From SAR86 cluster bacterium AG-422-O05 (GTDB lineage Bacteria > Pseudomonadota > Gammaproteobacteria > Magnimaribacterales > D2472): a stretch of DNA of 64,000 nucleotides. The position numbers were made by a program, and so were the translations under genes. Of this stretch, positions 58,651-64,000 are shown piece after piece (the first letter of the stretch is position 1; each line of letters starts with the position of its first letter). The notes beneath the pieces are model-generated. The model ran no database searches, had not been told where the DNA came from, and saw nothing but the letters and a program-made list of their open reading frames with translations. Location of the stretch: the NCBI GenBank assembly GCA_003213495.1, contig QCMW01000001.1, positions 1,045,296 through 1,109,295 of the forward strand. Reading direction: 5' to 3'.

Positions 58651-59893
58651 GTCTTAATATTTCTATAGGATTTAATCTTACTGCTCTGAAAGATGGTATC
58701 AGTGACGCAAATAAACTAATGATTAATGATATAAAACAGATGATTAATATTTGAATGTAATCAATGTAGTAAGGAAAATAGTTAATGAAGTAAGCTTCGA
58801 GCAAACTTCTACCCAATAATGTTTCTATAAATGAAATTAAGTTATTAAGATTAAGCGTACAAATAAAACCTAAAATTAATCCGATAATAATACCTAAAAA
58901 ACTTACAAATAAGCCTTGTGTAAAAAATATTAAGATTATTTGTATTTTTGTAGCTCCAATAGTTTGTAAAATACCTATTTCTCTTTCTTTGGATTTTACT
59001 GTCATGACAACTGTAGATAAAACTAAAATAGATGCAACAGCTATTATTAAAAAAAGCATCAAGCTAATAAGCAATTTTTCAAATTTAATTGCTTCAAATA
59101 AAGTGCCATGCGAAGACTTCCAGGAAATATAGGATAAGCCATCATAGTTACCATATGGAATGGACGCCGTTTCTTCGATAACCTCGGCTGAAATTCTGTC
59201 TGCTTCAAATAAGTTTTTAGTTTTTAATCTAATTGAAATAGTTTGATTTTTTTCTAAATTTTTAAGTTTTTGTGCAGTTTCATGAGAAATAAATGTCATA
59301 TATTGATCAATTTCAGTTTTAAGTTCGTATATCCCAACAATTTTTAAATTTACTGAAATTGGATATGAACCAATTATTGATGTCTTAATATCTGAAGTTG
59401 TAATATTAATTTCATCACCAGCATAAACACCTAAATTTGCTGCTAATATTGAACCAATCACTATAGAATTTTTTTCATTAAGATTTTCTAAACTTCCTAA
59501 AAGCATATAATCTGGAACAATAGACATATTTGTTTCATTGTCTGCGTCAATACCAATGATTGAAACACCTTTACTTTCATAAGATGATGAAATCAATCCT
59601 TGAATGCTTATATAAGGTGAAGCATCTATAATTTCTTTGTTATATTTAACTTCATCGATTAGAAATTTATAATCATTTATTGGATCATTAGATACCAATA
59701 TTGAATGCGGAATTACTCCGAGTATTCTGTTTTCAAGTTCTTTTTCAAAACCATTCATAACTGATGTGACAACAATGAGACTAGATATTCCTATCGATAA
59801 ACCAACGATGGCTAATAATGTTGTAAAAGAGAAAAGACCTCCTTTATTAGATTTAAGGTATTTATAACCTAATTTCAGAGATATAGATGACAC
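58643..59893 (-). CDS. Lipoprotein-releasing system permease, LolC/E family (the only copy at this locus)
   Basis: 416 aa. N-terminus SLKLGYKYLKSNKG (LolC/E IGLRY-x-RGR type), a large periplasmic loop, and a C-terminal FtsX-type 3-TM bundle. GTG start. Confidence 0.85.
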   Translation of the reverse strand: MSSISLKLGYKYLKSNKGGLFSFTTLLAIVGLSIGISSLIVVTSVMNGFEKELENRILGVIPHSILVSNDPINDYKFLIDEVKYNKEIIDASPYISIQGLISSSYESKGVSIIGIDADNETNMSIVPDYMLLGSLENLNEKNSIVIGSILAANLGVYAGDEINITTSDIKTSIIGSYPISVNLKIVGIYELKTEIDQYMTFISHETAQKLKNLEKNQTISIRLKTKNLFEADRISAEVIEETASIPYGNYDGLSYISWKSSHGTLFEAIKFEKLLISLMLFLIIAVASILVLSTVVMTVKSKEREIGILQTIGATKIQIILIFFTQGLFVSFLGIIIGLILGFICTLNLNNLISFIETLLGRSLLEAYFINYFPYYIDYIQILIICFISLIISLFASLIPSFRAVRLNPIEILRHE

Positions 59894-59898
59894 AAAAA

Positions 59899-61326
59899 CT
59901 ATTTCATTAATTGTTTTAAAACTTTCTCAATATCACCTTTATATGGAGGTCTCACAGCATCAAAGAATTTATCTAATTTAAAACTAACATCCCTATAGTA
60001 AGCTCTAGGATTTGAAAAATTTTTAAAACCTTCAAAGGATTTATATCTACCCATACCTGAAGGACCTACACCTCCAAAAGATAAATCATTTTGCTGAAGA
60101 TGACTTATTACATTGTTAACTGTTACTCCCCCTGATGAAGTTTTATTCAGTAGATTATCCTCTTCAGTTTTGTCATTGCCAAAATAATAAAGACCTAGCG
60201 GTCTATCTTTTGAATTAATCAATTGAGTTGCTTCATCAATTTCATCATATTCAACAACAGGCAATAAAGGACCAAATATTTCCTCTTGCATAATTTTCAT
60301 ATCATCGGTTGTATTTGAGACAATTGTAGGTGGAATTTTATAAAACTCTTGCTGAGAAAAATCTTCATTGGCAGGATTTATTTCTTCAACTGTTGCACCC
60401 TTTTCAATAGCATCATCAATCATATCTTTCAATCGATTATAATGACTTTCATTGATGATAGATGTGTAATCATCATTGTCTTTAATTTTAGGAAAGTACT
60501 CGGAAACAGCATCTTTAGTTTCCTTGATGAAATCATTTTTCTGATCTTTATGAACAACTACGTAATCAGGCGCTAAACAAATTTGACCTGCATTTAGTGT
60601 CTTACCAAACATAATTCTTTTTGCAGAAGTCTTTAAATCAGCAGATTTTCCTAACACTACCGGAGATTTCCCACCAAGTTCAAGGGTAAGAGGAACTAAA
60701 TTCTCAGAAGCTGCATTCATAACGTGCTTAGCAACAGATCCTCCACCTGTATAAAGAAGATGATCAAAGTTTAGCTTAGTAAAAGCAGCTCCGACCTCAG
60801 GCCCACCAAGAAAAGTTGCAAATTCAACCTCATCATAGGCTTTATCGCATAAATCCTTTAATAATGCAGAAGTTAATGGTGTATGTTCGCTAGGTTTATG
60901 CATCACTTGATTTCCTGCAGCAAATATAGAGACTAAAGGCACAAAGGCTAAGTTCACTGGAAAGTTCCATGGAGAGATCATACCAACTGTTCCTAAAGGT
61001 TCGTATCTTATATAAGATTTAGCACCAAGCAAGCCGAATGGAAAATTTGAAGATTTCTTTTCATCCTTACTCCATTTTTTGACATTTTTGATGGCAAGAT
61101 TTATTGCAGGCATAATTCCATATACATCTGACAACATAGATGCATTTTTGGATCTATTTCCAAAATCAGAGTTTAATGTTTCAACAAAATCATAACGATT
61201 ATCCATAATTAGGGATTTCAAACGCTCTAGTCTATCAATCCTTAATTCTATTGATGGTGCACCATTTTTAACAAAATATTCTTTTTGCTTAATTAAAACG
61301 CTATTCATTTGTTCAAGTGTATTCAT
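59899..61326 (-). CDS. NAD(P)-dependent aldehyde dehydrogenase (ALDH3 / coniferyl-aldehyde-dehydrogenase-like)
   Basis: LELGGKSP (catalytic Glu), GQICLAPDY (catalytic Cys) and EEIFGPLLPV motifs. Confidence 0.88.
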   Translation of the reverse strand: MNTLEQMNSVLIKQKEYFVKNGAPSIELRIDRLERLKSLIMDNRYDFVETLNSDFGNRSKNASMLSDVYGIMPAINLAIKNVKKWSKDEKKSSNFPFGLLGAKSYIRYEPLGTVGMISPWNFPVNLAFVPLVSIFAAGNQVMHKPSEHTPLTSALLKDLCDKAYDEVEFATFLGGPEVGAAFTKLNFDHLLYTGGGSVAKHVMNAASENLVPLTLELGGKSPVVLGKSADLKTSAKRIMFGKTLNAGQICLAPDYVVVHKDQKNDFIKETKDAVSEYFPKIKDNDDYTSIINESHYNRLKDMIDDAIEKGATVEEINPANEDFSQQEFYKIPPTIVSNTTDDMKIMQEEIFGPLLPVVEYDEIDEATQLINSKDRPLGLYYFGNDKTEEDNLLNKTSSGGVTVNNVISHLQQNDLSFGGVGPSGMGRYKSFEGFKNFSNPRAYYRDVSFKLDKFFDAVRPPYKGDIEKVLKQLMK

Positions 61327-61336
61327 AATATCTCCA

Positions 61337-62206
61337 TTAACTTCTGTCTGCTTTGTCTTTATTGTTAGCTTCTCTTATTAATTTTCTCATATTTTCCCAA
61401 TCCTCGTCAGATAACTTGTCTAATTGAGAAAATGTACCACCTCCTGTTAGATATTGTCCTCCATCGAGACCAATTGTTTGACCTGTGAGATAATCACAAC
61501 CATCAGCCATTAAAAAAGTTGCTAAATTTTGCAATTCTTCCATTTCACCTACTCTTCCTAACGGTACGGTATTTGTCATTCCATCATCATTATTATCAGG
61601 ATTTAATCTTTCCCAAGCACCTTTTGTTGGAAATGGACCTGGAGCTATACCATTAATTTTAATTCCATATTTTCCCCATTCTGCAGCTAAAGATTGTGTC
61701 ATTGCATGAATACCTGATTTTGACATTGCAGAAGGTACTACATATGGAGAACCGGTCCAAATCCAAGTAGTTAAAATATTTACAATCGAACCTTTGTGGC
61801 CTAATTCAATCCATCTTTTTCCAACAGAATGTGTCATATAAAAAGTTCCATGAAAAACAATATTTGCAATAGCATCGAATCCCTTGTGTGATAAATCTTT
61901 AGTTGGTGAAATAAAATTTCCAGCAGCATTATTAACTAATCCATCTAAAGGACCCTTTTCAAAAATAAATTCAATATAATCATCAACATCTTTTGAAGCT
62001 CTAATATCTAATGTTTGATAATTTACTTTTGTACCATAAGTTTCTGATATTTCAACAGCTGTCTCACTTAATACATTTTCTCTTCTTCCACATATATATA
62101 GTTCTGCGCCATGCATAGCAAAATGTGTAGCCATTTCTTTACCAAGACCTGTTCCACCACCTGTTATTAAAATTCTTTTATTTTCTAATAAATTATCTTT
62201 AAACAT
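61337..62206 (-). CDS. SDR-family oxidoreductase, 2,4-dienoyl-CoA reductase (DECR)-like
   Basis: ITGGGTGLGKEM cofactor loop, NNAAGNF, and SAMSKSGIHAMTQSLAAEW (DECR-type S-x-x-K without the classical Tyr). Confidence 0.75.
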   Translation of the reverse strand: MFKDNLLENKRILITGGGTGLGKEMATHFAMHGAELYICGRRENVLSETAVEISETYGTKVNYQTLDIRASKDVDDYIEFIFEKGPLDGLVNNAAGNFISPTKDLSHKGFDAIANIVFHGTFYMTHSVGKRWIELGHKGSIVNILTTWIWTGSPYVVPSAMSKSGIHAMTQSLAAEWGKYGIKINGIAPGPFPTKGAWERLNPDNNDDGMTNTVPLGRVGEMEELQNLATFLMADGCDYLTGQTIGLDGGQYLTGGGTFSQLDKLSDEDWENMRKLIREANNKDKADRS

Positions 62207-62217
62207 TTTTATAATTC

Positions 62218-63216
62218 CTACTTAATAATATCAATAATAGCATCAGCCCATAAATCTGAATAATTTAAAGACTCAACATAATCTAGCTTTTCTCCACCAG
62301 CCTCAAGGAAAAGTTCTTTATATTCATCACCGATTTCAATAATTGTTTCTAAACAATCGGCAGTAAATGCTGGTGAAAAAACTAATACATTTTTATTACC
62401 ATTTTTAGGCAACGATTCAAGCACCTCGTCAGTAAATGGTGTTAACCATTTATTTGTTAATCTTGATTGAAAAGTAACTTGGTATTTATCAGAACTTAAG
62501 TTAAGTCTGCTTGCAAGAATTTTTGTAGTTTCATATGTAGTAGCTTTATAACAGAACTTATTTTCATCTGTGACTTCTGATTCACAGTTGTGATCAGAAC
62601 ATAAAGAATCTGGATACACATTATCAACATGACTATTTGGGATGCCGTGGTAACTAAAAATTACCTTATCATAAGAATTTATATTAAATTTAGATGCTTT
62701 ATCAACCCAAGCATCTATAAATTTTTCATTATCATAAAATTGATTTATAAATCTTATGTTAGGAACAACCCATTTTTTTGAAACTATTCTTGATATTTCT
62801 TGATAAACAGAACCTGTTGTAGCTGATGCATAATGAGGAAAAAGTGGTAAAACAACAATTTCATCAGGATTTTTTTCAAGAATACTATTAATTACGCTCT
62901 CAATTGATGGATTTTGATATCGCATTGCATAATAAACATCAAAGTCTTCAAGTTTATTACCTAATTTTTCAGATAATTTAGTTGTGTTATGTAGCAATGG
63001 AGATCCAGTATTTTTATCCCATACCTCTTTATACACCTTAGTTGATGAAAATGATCTTGTCGGACAAATTATAAGATTCACTAATAAAAATCTTAGAAAA
63101 GGATTTATATTTATTACACGACCATCCATTAAGAATTGTCTTAAATATTTAAAGACGCTTAAATATGTAGGATTATCAGGTGTTCCTAGGTTGACTAATA
63201 ATAATGCTTTTTTCAT
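62218..63216 (-). CDS. hemH: Ferrochelatase
   Basis: LLVNLGTPD, LPLFPHYASATTGS and FSYHGIP motifs, plus a C-terminal FTADCLETI. Confidence 0.92.
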   Translation of the reverse strand: MKKALLLVNLGTPDNPTYLSVFKYLRQFLMDGRVININPFLRFLLVNLIICPTRSFSSTKVYKEVWDKNTGSPLLHNTTKLSEKLGNKLEDFDVYYAMRYQNPSIESVINSILEKNPDEIVVLPLFPHYASATTGSVYQEISRIVSKKWVVPNIRFINQFYDNEKFIDAWVDKASKFNINSYDKVIFSYHGIPNSHVDNVYPDSLCSDHNCESEVTDENKFCYKATTYETTKILASRLNLSSDKYQVTFQSRLTNKWLTPFTDEVLESLPKNGNKNVLVFSPAFTADCLETIIEIGDEYKELFLEAGGEKLDYVESLNYSDLWADAIIDIIK

Positions 63217-64000
63217 ATTAAGCCGGATTTTCTAATAGTTGGATTACTAATTATAAATAATATTAAACTTATACATAAGATTGAACTGAAATAATACAAG
63301 TATCCTGGATTAATCGCATAAATAGGCATAGCTATAAATGGTGTGGTCATATGACCTATTGGTATAACAGATCCAAGATATCCAGCAGCAGAACCTTGAT
63401 TCTCAGGGGTTTGTGCCAGAGAAAGAGATGAAGAAAGTGCAGGTCTAGTCATTCCAAATCCAATTCCAAGTATCATAATTGATAAGTAATAAAATGATAT
63501 TGACTGAAAAAATGCCATTGTAAAATATGAAAATACCAATAATATTGAGCCGACCATTAATAAACTAAAGTTTTTCATAGGAAATGCATCTGTAAATAAA
63601 TATTGACTGACAATCGTTGATATTGATAAAAGTGCAAAAGTCATGCTTATTAAAGTAGGAAGATTTTCTAAATTACCAAACAAGTCAGTTATATAAAAAC
63701 CAATTGATTGTATTAATGAAGCCTGACATAGACTTAAAATTGCTGCAAAGATCAAGAAGGGATAAATTGATTTAGAGTACCAACTAATTTTATTATTTTC
63801 TCCAGTTTTTACTTTAATTTTGTTCACAGGCTTTAGTTCTCTAAAAATTCCTAAAGCAGCAATTAATGCAAAAAAAGAAAATAAATAAAATGGTGTTTCA
63901 TTTGAAATTAAAAATAAAAAACCACCGAGAAGAGGACCTGCTACTGTTCCAAGTAAAAAGCTTGATTCAAGTCTTGCAAATTTTACAGTTCTTTTTTCTT
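63213..64000 (-). CDS. MFS transporter (C-terminal ~260 aa; gene continues past the window end)
   Basis: The track ORF begins at an internal GTG (63827). Hand translation upstream stays open to base 64000 (..KKRTVKFARLESSFLLGTVAGPLLGGFLFLISNETPFYLFSFFALIAALGIFRELKPVNKIKV..). The protein is polytopic. Its stop overlaps the hemH ATG (ATGA). Confidence 0.7.
   Translation of the reverse strand, partial: EKRTVKFARLESSFLLGTVAGPLLGGFLFLISNETPFYLFSFFALIAALGIFRELKPVNKIKVKTGENNKISWYSKSIYPFLIFAAILSLCQASLIQSIGFYITDLFGNLENLPTLISMTFALLSISTIVSQYLFTDAFPMKNFSLLMVGSILLVFSYFTMAFFQSISFYYLSIMILGIGFGMTRPALSSSLSLAQTPENQGSAAGYLGSVIPIGHMTTPFIAMPIYAINPGYLYYFSSILCISLILFIISNPTIRKSGLI

Noticed and set aside
1-64000. I looked for CRISPR arrays, tandem or direct repeats, IS elements, integrases, phage genes, toxin-antitoxin pairs, restriction-modification or other defence genes, and tRNA, rRNA or other structured RNA genes.
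   Set aside because: None was seen. Every intergenic spacer is at most about 156 bp and AT-rich, no ORF resembles a recombinase or nuclease, and no spacer-repeat periodicity is visible. A by-eye scan cannot exclude short dispersed repeats, so a self-dot-plot would be needed.

Overview
The window is AT-rich (roughly one-third G+C by eye, not computed) and very tightly packed. I count about 66 protein-coding genes. I found no rRNA, tRNA, CRISPR array, transposase, integrase or phage gene, and no recognisable transcription factor, sigma factor or two-component gene. The content is mostly core gammaproteobacterial housekeeping. From memory, the gene order resembles a condensed Pseudomonas-type order: mfd - long-form gap - nqrABCDEF-apbE-nqrM; infA / clpA-clpS-icd / mnmA-purB; etfBA / ETF-QO; lolCD-exbBD-msbA/lpxK-kdsB-murB. 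Other housekeeping genes include aceA, cysE/cysK and hemH. This fits a streamlined marine gammaproteobacterium (SAR86-like is a guess only). I see no defence island or mobile element. These loci are the least explained and most worth follow-up. (1) A nine-gene co-directional cluster at 38.1-45.1 kb combines a haloalkane-dehalogenase-type hydrolase, four GST-superfamily proteins, DJ-1/PfpI, an MBL hydrolase, DUF1330 and a small membrane protein. (2) msbA and lpxK are fused in frame. (3) A three-gene unit encodes an FMN oxidoreductase, a class IV aminotransferase and a sulfotransferase. (4) A eukaryote-type alkaline-ceramidase-family membrane protein sits directly behind etfBA. (5) An adjacent acyl-CoA dehydrogenase pair has a second member that appears to lack any catalytic Glu. 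(6) An OadA/PycB-type carboxyltransferase has no biotin domain and no partner genes nearby. (7) A small unannotatable module at 13.6-15.4 kb holds a membrane protein, a GC-rich hairpin, a palindrome and two secreted proteins. Two conserved small ORFs missing from the ORF track were found by hand translation: nqrM and a DUF2256 zinc-ribbon protein. All family assignments rest on motif recognition by eye, so none has been checked by a database search.
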